Assembly (NCBI GenBank): GCA_020849895.1
Contig: JADZFN010000012.1
Span: 7,258-71,257 of the forward strand
Origin: Verrucomicrobiia bacterium
GTDB taxonomy: Bacteria; Verrucomicrobiota; Verrucomicrobiia; JABWAM01
Reading direction: 5' to 3'
DNA length: 64,000 bases
Shown here piece after piece: positions 9,004 to 19,345 of the stretch. The position numbers and the translations under genes were made by a program. Position 1 is the stretch's first letter. Every line of letters begins with the position of its first letter. Below the pieces are notes generated by a model. That model was not told the origin of the DNA. It saw nothing but the letters and a program-made list of their open reading frames with translations, and made no database searches.

Positions 9004-9402
9004 CCGATTTGCCGGGAATCGAGGCCGCGGCTGGCCCCCTGCACACGGTCGAAAGGCCCATACCTTGGGCTCCCGCGAAACGCACGCCAACGGTCGGATC
9101 CTGAGGTCATGAGCCGTGGTCACAAGGGAGGTGGGGAGAAGGATGGCTTTTGAGATCATGAATCCATTGCGATTCTCCCAGCATGTCAGTCAGTCGTCAG
9201 CACTCGAACATTGATCATTGTATTGGCGATGGTGGAAGGATTCAGTATTTCGACATGTCCGTCCGAAAAACACAATTGATTGTCGAGGAATATGCGTGAT
9301 GGGGGTAGAGAGCGAGACGGCCCGTTCGATCTCGCGATCGTGCTCCCCGCGAACGACCCCGACATCGTCCCGCTCGTGCGGTCCTCGGAATGACACGGTC
9401 CG

Positions 9403-11964
9403 CTACGATTCCACTGCCTTCCAGGGCTTCTCGATCAACGGCGACACCCTTCCCTTCACCACAGTCGCGCCTTGCTCATCGCGGAGGAACGAGCCGTTGA
9501 CGACCGCCGCGCAGCGGCGATTCCCGTCCGCTCCGAAGCGCTCGACCGCGAGCCACCCGTCCGTCCGCCCGCCCACCGCAGGGCGCGCGTCCCAGCCACC
9601 CCAGCGGATGTGGAGAACATCCCGTGCGCCCTCGCGGAAGACCACCTCCACACAGGCGCCTCTGTCGTCCGTCCCCACCACCCGCACGGCGGGCGTCAGC
9701 GGCTCTCTCGCCGAGGGAACGAGCGCCCATACCTGCCGCATCGGCAGCGTCCCTTCCCAGTGGTGGATGGCGCAGAAGGCGGGGAAGCAGTTGAAATCCT
9801 GCGCCACCCAACCTTGCACGGGGTCCATCTGGCCGCTCACGGCCCGCAGCGACCAGCCTTCTTGGAGGGCGGGCGCGATCTCGAAGTTGGACAGCGCGGC
9901 GCGCGCGGTCGCCGCGCGGAGACCTTTCACGACGACGGGCATCGGCGCGAAGTGCCACAGCGCCTCCGCGGAGTGCTTCCCCTCCCCCTCGAGCTCGTCG
10001 ACCACGAGCCAGTAGTCGGGCTTCAGGAACAGGACCGCGCGGCGGTGCAGGGGCTCTCCCGTCACGCCGGGGTAGCCCCCGGCGTAGACGCCGGCACCCA
10101 CGTCGAGAGTCCCTCCGCTCGCCCAAAAGATCTCGCTGGAGACGTCGCGCTTCCTCGACTCTCGCGTCTCGGAGACGGCCCTCTGCTGGCCTTTTCCGTC
10201 CACGAGGAGCGTGTTGTGGGACGCCGTGGAGCGGTAGTACCGGAAGAACTCGTCCTCGCCGTAACCCGCGATGCCGGGGTCCACGAGGAAGGGCGAGCCG
10301 AAGGCATAGGTCTCGACCCCGAGGGCATCCTCGTGCTGGTGGCCCGCGCCGAACGGCCCGACGTCGAAGAGCGACCACCGGTCCTGCGCGTTCACGCCCG
10401 AGCGCATGACCAGGAGACCTGCGTTCCGAAAACCGTGCGACTCGCCCGACGGAGGTCGCCCCTCGGCGCCGCCGGTGGCGAGCCAGAGCATCCCCGCGTC
10501 CTTCCAGAGCCGCGCCCCCTCTCGAAGGAAGAGATCATGGGACCGCAGGAATCCGCCGGAATCGTTGTGAGCGGGGCAGGTGCCGTCCGGCCGCACGAGT
10601 CCCGCGATCGCGCTGTACATGGCGCGGAGCCGCGCGCCATAAACGCGCGGCATGGGGAAACCGTTGAGCCGCGCCACTTCGAAGGGCTGGACGAAGGCGT
10701 TCGCCGAGCTGATGTGGTAGCCGGGCGAAAGCTCGTTGTGGATGCCATCGGGGTAAACCGTCTCGGCCGCCAGCGCCGCGAGGCGGCCCAGGCCCTCGTC
10801 GCGCCACGAGGCGGACCGGCGGTGCTCTGGGAACGAAATCCCGATAAGCGAAAGCGCCTGCGACTCGATCACCGTCCAGTTGGTGCCCGAAATCGAACCG
10901 TGCCGAAGGAGAAACTCCGCGTGCTCGTGCATGGACTTGAGCATGTCGAACCAGGTGCGGTCCCGCAGCGCCGGTTCCCCGAGGAGACCGAAGAAGACCT
11001 GCAACCACGTCCGCTTGAAGCGGCACCCCGCCGTGAGGGTACTCCAGGCGCGACTCCCCTTGCCATCGTGCCCGACCGGCACCGGCGAGGCGGCGATCCA
11101 CGACGAGAGCACCTCGTCGATCTTGGCGGCGTACTTCCGTTTCCTCGCCGCGTGCCACGCGAGGAGCAGGTCCACCACGAAGTAGTGGCGGTGCAGGCCG
11201 TCCGGGTCCCCGACCTCGCCCGTCGCCAGCTTCCAGTCGAACGTCGGACCGAGGTCCTGTCCCCCGACCACGTTGCGGCAGGCGAGGTCCGCCACCGCCA
11301 GCGAGGTCGGCCACGCCGGGGGCGCAGCGAACGGGAGGCTCGGCTTCTTTCGCCGCGCGAGGTACGCGCGCAAGCCGCGGATCGCCCCCTTAAAGTCCCC
11401 CCGCTCCACCGAGAGCCGAGCCGCCTTGAGGCCGGGGCGGCCCCAGTCCCACGCCCGCGCGAAACCGGTGTCGGTCAGACGCGTCCCCGCAGGCACGCGG
11501 CGCTTCTGCAGGCGCACCGACGCGATCCGCGTCGGGCCGCCGTAGTAACCCCGGACTTGAACGCGCGTCACCCTTCCCCAGATCGAGCCCGGGACGAGGC
11601 CGAAGTTCTCGATCGGGTAGAGCACGTCGCGCCAGCCGTGCCAGCGCTCGCGCGTCATCGCGCCCGCACCGGTGATGCACCGGAGCCTCGGCTTTCCCTC
11701 ACGCTCCACGGTCACCTGGAGCTCGCACCCTTCCCCCTCGCGGAAACCGACGCGCAAAACGACCTGGTCGAAGTCTCCCCAGTCTCCCGCGCAGGGGAGC
11801 TCGACCTCCTGCTTCGACGCGTCGTATAGGGCGCAGGGAACGCCCTCGGGGGAACCTCTCCCGCCATCGGCGAGCCCCGGTGCCGCGGCGAGTTCCCCCG
11901 CGCCGAGCAACACCCGCTCGGCGAGGAGCTCGTCGGTCAGAGTTTCGGGGATCGTGGAGGCCAT
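9403..11964 (-). CDS. heparinase II/III-like family protein (putative polysaccharide lyase)
   Basis: Hepar_II_III core GHQHEDALGVETYAFGSPFLVDPG plus the NELSPGYH and AHNDSGGF blocks. Paralog of 1375..4005. ATG at 11964 (MASTIPE...), 1 nt after the stop of the upstream gene. The antisense 785-aa ORF is shadow. Confidence 0.7.
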   Translation of the reverse strand: MASTIPETLTDELLAERVLLGAGELAAAPGLADGGRGSPEGVPCALYDASKQEVELPCAGDWGDFDQVVLRVGFREGEGCELQVTVEREGKPRLRCITGAGAMTRERWHGWRDVLYPIENFGLVPGSIWGRVTRVQVRGYYGGPTRIASVRLQKRRVPAGTRLTDTGFARAWDWGRPGLKAARLSVERGDFKGAIRGLRAYLARRKKPSLPFAAPPAWPTSLAVADLACRNVVGGQDLGPTFDWKLATGEVGDPDGLHRHYFVVDLLLAWHAARKRKYAAKIDEVLSSWIAASPVPVGHDGKGSRAWSTLTAGCRFKRTWLQVFFGLLGEPALRDRTWFDMLKSMHEHAEFLLRHGSISGTNWTVIESQALSLIGISFPEHRRSASWRDEGLGRLAALAAETVYPDGIHNELSPGYHISSANAFVQPFEVARLNGFPMPRVYGARLRAMYSAIAGLVRPDGTCPAHNDSGGFLRSHDLFLREGARLWKDAGMLWLATGGAEGRPPSGESHGFRNAGLLVMRSGVNAQDRWSLFDVGPFGAGHQHEDALGVETYAFGSPFLVDPGIAGYGEDEFFRYYRSTASHNTLLVDGKGQQRAVSETRESRKRDVSSEIFWASGGTLDVGAGVYAGGYPGVTGEPLHRRAVLFLKPDYWLVVDELEGEGKHSAEALWHFAPMPVVVKGLRAATARAALSNFEIAPALQEGWSLRAVSGQMDPVQGWVAQDFNCFPAFCAIHHWEGTLPMRQVWALVPSAREPLTPAVRVVGTDDRGACVEVVFREGARDVLHIRWGGWDARPAVGGRTDGWLAVERFGADGNRRCAAVVNGSFLRDEQGATVVKGRVSPLIEKPWKAVES

Positions 11965-11965
11965 C

Positions 11966-12766
11966 CTACTTCCCATCCGCGAGCGAGAAAGAAACCTCCA
12001 ATTCGAACCCGCCCTGTGACGCGAACTCGCGTGAGGTGAAGGCGGCGTAGCCGTGGTCCTGGGCCCAGAACACAAACCCGCAACTTTTCCCCTCCTTCGC
12101 CATTGCCTGCACGAGTGCGGTCACGTCCGCGGTGAAACGCCCCTTGTCGGCGGAGTTCCAGCTGTCGGCCTGGACGGGCACCTCGGGGTCCTGGGTGAAG
12201 TCCTCCGTGCCGAAACCCCGCTTGTCATTGGGTGTGCCGGCCGGGACCCTCCACTCGGCGTCCTTCGCCTTGCCAGCCCAGGCACCCCCGTACTGAAAGG
12301 CGGCGTCAAAGGTTGGCCCATAGTTCGCGTTCTGCTTGTCGTCCGCCTCGACGGCGCCTCCCGTTCCCTCGGGGCCGGCGTCGCCGGGCGTTACGTACGA
12401 GAGCCAATCGGTGAGGCAGCGCCCCACGAAGATCTTGCCCTTCGCGGCGCTGTAGTCGTCCACGTAGAAGCTGCCGCAGAGGGTGGCCTTCACGATGCGG
12501 GCGCCCGGCGGGACGTGGCTCGGCCCGATGAGGCCCTTCACGCCCACCAGCCCGTAGTAGAAGGTTTGTCCGCTGGACTGAAAACCAACGCGCACCTCCT
12601 TCAGTTTCCCTTGGTTGAAGTTCTCGCGCCCGCCGACCACGTCGTGACCAACGTAGGTGTCCTCGATCTGGTCCGGAGCGAAATGGAGGATCTTCACCTG
12701 GGCGGAGGCCGCGCACGCGCCGGCGACGGTCAGGACGGTCGCAAGCAGGAGGGAGGAAGGTTTCAT
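11966..12766 (-). CDS. secreted ConA/LamG-like domain protein (putative carbohydrate-binding)
   Basis: Start at MKPSSLLLATVLTVAGACAASAQ (signal peptide). The 468 nt of open frame upstream lacks protein-like composition. LamG-like block GSFYVDDYSAAKGKIFVG. Tightly coupled to the downstream lyase. Confidence 0.45.
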   Translation of the reverse strand: MKPSSLLLATVLTVAGACAASAQVKILHFAPDQIEDTYVGHDVVGGRENFNQGKLKEVRVGFQSSGQTFYYGLVGVKGLIGPSHVPPGARIVKATLCGSFYVDDYSAAKGKIFVGRCLTDWLSYVTPGDAGPEGTGGAVEADDKQNANYGPTFDAAFQYGGAWAGKAKDAEWRVPAGTPNDKRGFGTEDFTQDPEVPVQADSWNSADKGRFTADVTALVQAMAKEGKSCGFVFWAQDHGYAAFTSREFASQGGFELEVSFSLADGK

Positions 12767-13285
12767 GGAGAACCCATCATGCGCCACCGCGCGAGTTTCG
12801 GGCAATCGCACGCGCGTGGCAATTCCTGGGAGCGAGGTCATGGGAACGGGGAAAGTTCGCGGACGATTTCGGCGTAACGGCGGACGCGCGCGACCGGGGT
12901 TGCGGGGGTGACGGGGCTGCCGAGGCTCATGATGAAACGGCCGACGTTGCGGCGGCCCGCGTCGAGCTGGCGGGCGAGATCGCCCTCCCCCGAAGCGGCA
13001 AAATCCTCGGGGTCGAAAGGAACGGCCGCCGGGACCATCGCATCCACCCCTGCTTCCGTCCCCGCGAGGCGCGCGAGGGAGCGAGTGATGCGCTCCGGCG
13101 ACCACGGGCTTCTCAAGGCGACGCAACTCCCCGCCGCGCGGATCCACGAGGCACACGCCACTCTCCGGCTCCTCGATGCGGAACCGCTCGCGATCTCGGC
13201 GCGGATGGGAGGGACGGACGTCGAACCAGTCCATCGCGGGGCGAACGGAGGAGCTTGCCCACGTTCCGAGGCACGCGGAACCACT

Positions 13286-15382
13286 TCAATCCCTGACGGC
13301 ATAGGGCGCCCCTTGCCTCGGGGTCTCGAGGACCTTCCGCGCAGCGCTCACGCGGCGAATCTTCGGAGCACCGTTCACGTAGAGGTTGCCCCCGAGGAAG
13401 AGGAACCGGTGCGCGCCGGGAACGCGGCCGAGGGGGAAGATTTCGAGAGGGTCGGGGGCGATGCGCAGGATCGCATCCATCTCCGCGGCCACGGAGACCC
13501 CGGTCCAGACCTTGCCGTCGGGGCCAAGGATGAAGTCGAAACCCTTGGCGGGCAGGGCGGTGGTGCCCTGCCTCCCCTGGATCAGGCCCGTGTACCGGAT
13601 GATCTCCTCGATCTTCTTCTTCCGGAGGTCGTAGCGGTAGACGAAGGTGGTCTTCTGCTCGGCGTCGGGAGCGAGACCCACCAGCTTGTTCGGTGCCACC
13701 TCGGCGACCCCCGTGAGCGCCTTGAAGCCCGGCAAGGGCACGTGGTCTTCGAGGTATTTCCGCTCGGCGAGGTCCACCACCCGCAGGCGGGCCTCGGCGG
13801 GAACCGCGGCGACAAGCTGGCGATTGGTCTGCACGGTCGTCGAGAGGAACAACCGCTTGCCGTCAAGCGAAAGGCTCGCCCAGGAAACGGCGAGGTGGTC
13901 GTTCCCGCCGCGGTCCTCGATCTCCCCCCTGGTCCCGTCGGCGGGGTTGTACCACACGACGTCGAACCCGAGGAAATGGCGATGCCTCGCGGTGACGATG
14001 TAGACGCAGCCATCCGGCCCCTTGAACATCCGCACCCCCATGTGCCCTCCGGAGCTGGTGTGTCCCGGAAAGTGGGCGACGAGGCGCGGGTTGGCGCGAG
14101 GGTCCTCGTCGGGGATCGCCGGTCGTCCCGGGAGGTCCACGCGGGAGGTCGAAGGCTTGGTGGTGTCCCAGCGCATGAGGGTGGTGCTCGGATAGCCGCT
14201 CGCGTAGACGGTCGGCCCGATGGCGACCATGCAGCGCCCGCTCACCGGCGCGAACGGGGCCTGGATCCCCTTGCCCGTTTTCGGGTCGAAGACGATCGCC
14301 GGGTTGTAGGGTCCCCCGAGCGCCGTGATGCGTCCATCGTCGAGCGCGGTGAGCGCCAGGGTGGGTTCACTCGCGAGGGGGGTGTCCAGGCGGACGTCCT
14401 TCCACTTGTTTTCGTCCTTCGGGTCCTGGTAGTGGATCGCGATCTTGGTCTGGCCCTCGAACAGGGGCGATTCGTCGAGGAGGACCTTCGGAGGAGGCTC
14501 AGCCACAGGCTCCGGAGCCTTGGCGGCGGGGGCATCGGCAGGCAGCGGCGTCGCCCGCCCGTTCGCCACGCCGTAGCGTTGCCAGGGGTCGTTGGGATCC
14601 TGCATGTTCACCCGCGTCGAGAAGTTGGTGCCACTCCCGTTGATGTAGCCGTCCACCGGCGCTGTGAGGATCGTCTCGCGGGCCTTCGTCTTCTTGTTGA
14701 CGGCCACCAGCAACCACGGGCTCTTGCCCCGCAGCGCGGCGTAGATGAAGTCGTTGTCCGAGCCGAGCTCGTAGACGTAGCCGTGCTTGTCGGAGAGGAT
14801 GCCGAACTTCGTCAGCGCCCCGCTCCCCGGGTCGTACATGCTCAACTCGGAGGCGGCGGCCGCGCCCATGGCAACCACGCCGTCCTGGGCCACCGACATT
14901 CGGAACGCCCCGACTTCGGCGTTCTCAAACGGGAGCGGCAGTTCGCGGATCGTGTCCGTGTCGGGATCGTAGACGTGGAACCCCCCGGGCAACCATGTGG
15001 TGAAGTAGAGCTTCCCGCCGGACCAGGCCGTGCGGCTCTGGCCGTAGCCCTTGATCTTGGGGTGCAGCTTGAGCTTGCCGTCGTCCAGCGTGAGCGTGGC
15101 GACGCGAAACTCCCGTGCGTCCCGCTTCTCCTTAAGGACGAGCATCTGGCGCCACTGCTTGGTGGAGGTCTGGAAGATGGGTCCCTTGCTGACCCAGGAC
15201 TGCGCGCCGGCGATGCCGACCTCCTCGGTCTCGAGGAGGGGGGTCGCCTCGGCCTTCAAGGGGACCGCGGGCATCTCGTCCAACGGATTGACGGCAAGGG
15301 CGACGCCCGCCAGGAGAATCGCGCAGCCCAGCGTGGCAAAAAGTCCTGAGAGGTTCTTGGCTATTCGGGTCGTCGGGTTCAT
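13286..15382 (-). CDS. secreted beta-propeller-like repeat protein, family paralog 3
   Basis: 698 aa with a signal peptide ([30 protein letters not shown]). Shares the [10 protein letters not shown] / [12 protein letters not shown] architecture with 6217..8259. Its start overlaps the upstream H-X9-DG gene by 4 nt. Confidence 0.65.
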   Translation of the reverse strand: MNPTTRIAKNLSGLFATLGCAILLAGVALAVNPLDEMPAVPLKAEATPLLETEEVGIAGAQSWVSKGPIFQTSTKQWRQMLVLKEKRDAREFRVATLTLDDGKLKLHPKIKGYGQSRTAWSGGKLYFTTWLPGGFHVYDPDTDTIRELPLPFENAEVGAFRMSVAQDGVVAMGAAAASELSMYDPGSGALTKFGILSDKHGYVYELGSDNDFIYAALRGKSPWLLVAVNKKTKARETILTAPVDGYINGSGTNFSTRVNMQDPNDPWQRYGVANGRATPLPADAPAAKAPEPVAEPPPKVLLDESPLFEGQTKIAIHYQDPKDENKWKDVRLDTPLASEPTLALTALDDGRITALGGPYNPAIVFDPKTGKGIQAPFAPVSGRCMVAIGPTVYASGYPSTTLMRWDTTKPSTSRVDLPGRPAIPDEDPRANPRLVAHFPGHTSSGGHMGVRMFKGPDGCVYIVTARHRHFLGFDVVWYNPADGTRGEIEDRGGNDHLAVSWASLSLDGKRLFLSTTVQTNRQLVAAVPAEARLRVVDLAERKYLEDHVPLPGFKALTGVAEVAPNKLVGLAPDAEQKTTFVYRYDLRKKKIEEIIRYTGLIQGRQGTTALPAKGFDFILGPDGKVWTGVSVAAEMDAILRIAPDPLEIFPLGRVPGAHRFLFLGGNLYVNGAPKIRRVSAARKVLETPRQGAPYAVRD

Positions 15383-16059
15383 TTGGGTTCAAAGGTGTGC
15401 ATCGCGCTCGAACTCTGCGAGAGTTCCTCGATCTTGTGGGACGCGGCGTGGCCGTCCACGAAGAAGACGTTGGCGCGGTTGCGGTGGTAGTATCCGGTCT
15501 GGTTCGTCGGGCTGCCGGGCACGTAGTAGGGGCGGTCGGATGGATCGCGACCGGCGTCCACGAAAAGCACCGTGGCCGCGGGACGGAGGACCGCCGAGAG
15601 AGGGATCGGGATCTCGAAGTAGCGCGGATTCGCCGGGTCCGAGGGCCAACTCGCGCCAAGGAAGCTGTTGAAGCCGTAGAGGGTATCCAGGCCGCCGAGG
15701 TTGGTGGCCTTGGGCTGGCCGGGACAGCGAAACACGGGCTTGATCTTGTCCGTGTCAGACACGGTGGCGAACTTCCCGAGGTTGAGGTAGGAATAGAGCC
15801 GTCCCGTCCAGTACTGGTTCACGGGGTTGTCCGTGGCGTATTGGGTCCAACGGTAGGAAAACCTACCCCCGGACTCGTCCGCGTACATGAGGCCCGCCAC
15901 GCCGATCTGGCGGAGGTTGCTTATGCACTGAGCGCTCCTCGCGGCGTCCCGCGCGTTCCTGAGCGCAGGGAGAAGGAGTGCTGCAAGGATCGCGATGATC
16001 GCCACGACGACCAGCAACTCGATCAAGGTGAAGGAATCCCGGTAAGAGGCTCGATTCAT
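15379..16059 (-). CDS. prepilin-type N-terminal cleavage/methylation domain protein with C-terminal H-X9-DG motif
   Basis: [33 protein letters not shown] followed by [12 protein letters not shown]. 4-nt overlaps on both sides (PEP-CTERM gene upstream, propeller downstream). Confidence 0.85.
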   Translation of the reverse strand: MNRASYRDSFTLIELLVVVAIIAILAALLLPALRNARDAARSAQCISNLRQIGVAGLMYADESGGRFSYRWTQYATDNPVNQYWTGRLYSYLNLGKFATVSDTDKIKPVFRCPGQPKATNLGGLDTLYGFNSFLGASWPSDPANPRYFEIPIPLSAVLRPAATVLFVDAGRDPSDRPYYVPGSPTNQTGYYHRNRANVFFVDGHAASHKIEELSQSSSAMHTFEPK

Positions 16060-17789
16060 TCGGGCCGCACGCGGTGCGCCCGGCGAACGAGGAGGAGCGC
16101 GCCAAGGGCGACGAGGGCCAGCGAACCCGGCTCGGGGATCAGCGCGATGGGCAGGAGAGACCCCCCCCCGTTCAACAGGTAGCTGCCCCCGGTGCCCCCC
16201 GAGGCCAGGACGGGGTTAAGGTCGGCGACGTAATAGATGTTGAAGCTGCTGATGAGCGAGTTCGTGGCGATGGGGCTGAGGACCTGCACGTAAAGCGCCG
16301 TGCTCGCTAGAGAGTTGCCCGAGAAGAGCTGGAGGCGGTTGCCGCTCGCGAACCCGTCGAGGTCGAGGGTGCCGAGGGAGAAGTTGTTGCTGAACCCGAT
16401 CGTGGTCGCGCCGAGGTCGAACCCCGCCAACACGAGCCTCTGCGTGGCTGTGGCGGTCACGGGGCTGAACTTGAGCGTGCCGTCGAAACTGAATGCGTTC
16501 GAGACCGCGAGCGGTGCGACGTTGGAAAACCCCAGCGTGCTCTTGACCTCGACCAGGGCCGACGCTCCGACGGCGAGCTGCTGGAGGTTGGTCCCGAGCC
16601 GCACCCGGTCGGCGAGGAGGACGCCGTTGGTCATGTTGAAGGAACCCTTGCCGAGGTCCCCCACGCGCACGTGCGCATTGAGTGAGCCGTTGGTGACGAC
16701 GACCCGCCCACCATACTGCTCGAAGTAGCCCACCCCGTTCGCGTGGGCGCCGACCATCAGGGCGCCGGCGCTCGTGCCGTCGCCGTTGGCCGTGAGGAGA
16801 CCGCTGGCCACGACGAGCGTGACGGTCCCGCCGTTGTTCGATCCGACACGGATCTCGCCGGTGTCTGCGCCCACGCGGACGACGGTGGTGGTGCCGCCCT
16901 GCTGCACGAACCAGGCCCTTGCCCCCACTCCGTTGCCGATGCTCAGGTCGTTGTTGGCGTCGTTCATATTCCAGACGGCGCCCCGGTTCGTGATGCTGGC
17001 GTTCTGCCCGCTGAGGGCCACCCTGCCGCGCGTGCGGTCGAAAACCCCTCCGGCGAGGGTGAGCGATGCCGAGGTGTCGCCGCTCACGCTGACTGTCACG
17101 CTCCTCAAAAGGCTGGTCTCGGAAAGGCCGCTGTTGTCGATGTAGGCCACCTTCGTGCCCTGGCTGTACATACTGACATGCAGGAGGGTGTTGGTCACGT
17201 AGAGGCTGCCAGCCCCGATGACATTGTCGCCCACGGTGAGAGTGGCCGAATGGGTCCCGTTGGTGACGATCAGGCTGCCGCCGCTGAATGACGCCATCGA
17301 GCCGCTGCCGGAGCCGCCGATCCCGAAGTCGCGGTTGCCGGCCGGGGAGGTGATCGCCACGGAAGACCCGTTCTTCGCGATGAGCTGGCCGCGCACCCGG
17401 AGGTTGGTACCCACCGAGAGGGCGGTCCCGTCGAGAACGAGCACGCCCCGCTCATTGACCACGTTGGTGGTGGTGATGCGCCAAACCGTGGAAGCAGTCA
17501 CGGCGGAGAGCGTCTGCGTGGGGCCGGCTCCGCCCGTCTGGTGGCCGACCGCGAGGCTGAAGTTGGTGAGGGAAGCCCCGTCCGTGCCCGCGTCAATGGC
17601 GACCGTGTAGGAGGAGGCTGCGTTGGTGACAAAAACCGCGTGCGTCGCGGAGGGAGCCGCCACGGCGCTCCACTGGGCGGCATTCGTCCAGTCGCCGGAC
17701 CCGCCGGCCCAGACGTTGGTGGTGGACTGCGCACGGCCCGAAGCGGCGAGCGCCACAATGAGGAGAGCGATGCCCAAGAAACGGTTCAT
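16056..17789 (-). CDS. PEP-CTERM sorting domain surface protein with autotransporter-associated beta-strand repeats
   Basis: Signal peptide [22 protein letters not shown]. Gly/Ser/Thr/Asn-rich beta-strand repeats. C-terminal [23 protein letters not shown] is a PEP-CTERM anchor. A GGAGG RBS lies 7 nt before the ATG. Confidence 0.8.
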   Translation of the reverse strand: MNRFLGIALLIVALAASGRAQSTTNVWAGGSGDWTNAAQWSAVAAPSATHAVFVTNAASSYTVAIDAGTDGASLTNFSLAVGHQTGGAGPTQTLSAVTASTVWRITTTNVVNERGVLVLDGTALSVGTNLRVRGQLIAKNGSSVAITSPAGNRDFGIGGSGSGSMASFSGGSLIVTNGTHSATLTVGDNVIGAGSLYVTNTLLHVSMYSQGTKVAYIDNSGLSETSLLRSVTVSVSGDTSASLTLAGGVFDRTRGRVALSGQNASITNRGAVWNMNDANNDLSIGNGVGARAWFVQQGGTTTVVRVGADTGEIRVGSNNGGTVTLVVASGLLTANGDGTSAGALMVGAHANGVGYFEQYGGRVVVTNGSLNAHVRVGDLGKGSFNMTNGVLLADRVRLGTNLQQLAVGASALVEVKSTLGFSNVAPLAVSNAFSFDGTLKFSPVTATATQRLVLAGFDLGATTIGFSNNFSLGTLDLDGFASGNRLQLFSGNSLASTALYVQVLSPIATNSLISSFNIYYVADLNPVLASGGTGGSYLLNGGGSLLPIALIPEPGSLALVALGALLLVRRAHRVRPE

Positions 17790-17875
17790 GACGAGTCCTC
17801 CGTGTTTCTACGCCTCCTATTCTACCTGGCCTCTCCTATGAACCAAGCAAAAACGGCTAGGCGGTTGAGCCAGAT

Positions 17876-17893
17876 GACGGATTGGCCTACTCG
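17876..17893 (-). promoter_or_regulatory. conserved 18-bp promoter-region motif GACGGATTGGCCTACTCG (copy B), 86 nt upstream of the PEP-CTERM operon start codon
   Basis: Exact 18/18 match to 24990..25007. A TAGAAT -10-like hexamer lies about 50 nt downstream on the transcribed (minus) strand. Confidence 0.45.
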
Positions 17894-17918
17894 ACCACCC
17901 GCGCCCTGACACGGCGAC

Positions 17919-19322
17919 CTATCCGCCGAGGCCCTCGCCTTCCGGTGGCTCGACGCGCTGAACGGACCCCGCCGAGTCCCTCGAGAGGGAGGCGCCGCGG
18001 ATGCGCGTGAAGCGGATCGAGGGCCCGGCCGAACGGGGCGCGGCCACCTCCAGCCGGTGGACCCGAAGGTCGCGCCCGTCCTCGACCTGCAGCTCCGGCC
18101 CCTCCTCGCATGCGAGGCGCACGTCCTGCAACTCGAGTGCGGCCACGTGCCGCGCCCAGAAGGCCTTCCTTGCCGCGATTCGCACCCCGACCATCCGGAC
18201 CCCCTCGAGAGGACACTCCTCAAGCCCGTGAAGGTAGGCGGCCTGTTCGGCCCCCGTCGCCTCGACCTGGTGGAAGCTGAAGTTGCGGAAGCGCGGGGTG
18301 CGCTCGCTGAGCGGCTCCGGCGGCATTGGCCGCGCGTAGTGCATGTCGAAGTGAAACGGATGCGGCACGCGGTCCATGACCACGTTGCTCGCGAGGAGGT
18401 TCTCCACGAGACCGCCGCGCCCGCGCATGGATTTCATCCGAAAGCCGGTCTCGGTCCCGATGAACAGGCAGTTGCTCACGGTGACGTTGCGCACGCCCCC
18501 CGACATGTCCGACCCGATGACCACTCCCCCGTGCCCCCGCCGCGTGACGCAGTTGGCGATCACGACGTTCTCCGTGGGCCCCAGGCCGGCCTCGTTCCAC
18601 CCGCTCTTGAGGCAGATGCAGTCGTCGTTCACGTCGAGGTCGCATCCCAGGACGAACACGTTGCGGCAGGAATCGAGGTCGATCCCATCGCCATTGCAGG
18701 CGCCGGGCGGGTTGCGGAGATTCACGCCCTCGACGCGCGCGACGTCGCAGGAGATCAGGTGCAGGTTCCAGAAGCCCGAGTTCTGAAGGGTGACTCCCTC
18801 GACCCGGACGTCCCTGCAACGCTCGAACTCGACGAGGCGCGGGCGGTGCCATATGCTTCGCTGGACTTCCTCCGGACGGGTCGGCATGGGCTGGGGTGGC
18901 GGTCGCTTCTCCTTCGGGACCGCGTAGTAATCGCGGATCGGCTTCCAAAAGGCTTCACCCTGCCCGTCCACGGTGCCGCGCCCCGTGATCGCGACGCGCT
19001 CGCAGTCCACCGCGTTTACGAGGGCGTCAATCGTGAGCTGCGTCGTCCCCGAGTACCGCCGCGTGACGAGCCGGTAATGCGGGCGCTCGGGCGTCCCGAG
19101 GAGGGTCGCGCCTGCCTCGAGGTGGAGGGTCACGTGGCTGCGGAGATCGATCGGCGCGATGAGATAGCGCCCCGGCGGAACGACGACGCACCCTCCGCCG
19201 GCCTCCCCGCAGGCGTCGATGGCCGCCTGGAGAGCGGCGGTGTCGAGGGCAAGTCCATCCCCCCGCGCGCCGAAGTGGCGAGGATCAAACACGCGCGGGT
19301 TTTTGCTCGTCGGATTGCTCAT
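17919..19322 (-). CDS. glycoside hydrolase family 28 (polygalacturonase/rhamnogalacturonase-like)
   Basis: GH28 signature blocks NGDGIDLDSC, NDDCICLKSG, RRGHGGVVIGS and GFRMKSM in a right-handed beta-helix context. No signal peptide. 23 nt after the upstream lyase gene. Confidence 0.8.
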   Translation of the reverse strand: MSNPTSKNPRVFDPRHFGARGDGLALDTAALQAAIDACGEAGGGCVVVPPGRYLIAPIDLRSHVTLHLEAGATLLGTPERPHYRLVTRRYSGTTQLTIDALVNAVDCERVAITGRGTVDGQGEAFWKPIRDYYAVPKEKRPPPQPMPTRPEEVQRSIWHRPRLVEFERCRDVRVEGVTLQNSGFWNLHLISCDVARVEGVNLRNPPGACNGDGIDLDSCRNVFVLGCDLDVNDDCICLKSGWNEAGLGPTENVVIANCVTRRGHGGVVIGSDMSGGVRNVTVSNCLFIGTETGFRMKSMRGRGGLVENLLASNVVMDRVPHPFHFDMHYARPMPPEPLSERTPRFRNFSFHQVEATGAEQAAYLHGLEECPLEGVRMVGVRIAARKAFWARHVAALELQDVRLACEEGPELQVEDGRDLRVHRLEVAAPRSAGPSIRFTRIRGASLSRDSAGSVQRVEPPEGEGLGG

Positions 19323-19345
19323 GCCGGGACGCTCCTGCTCGAGGC

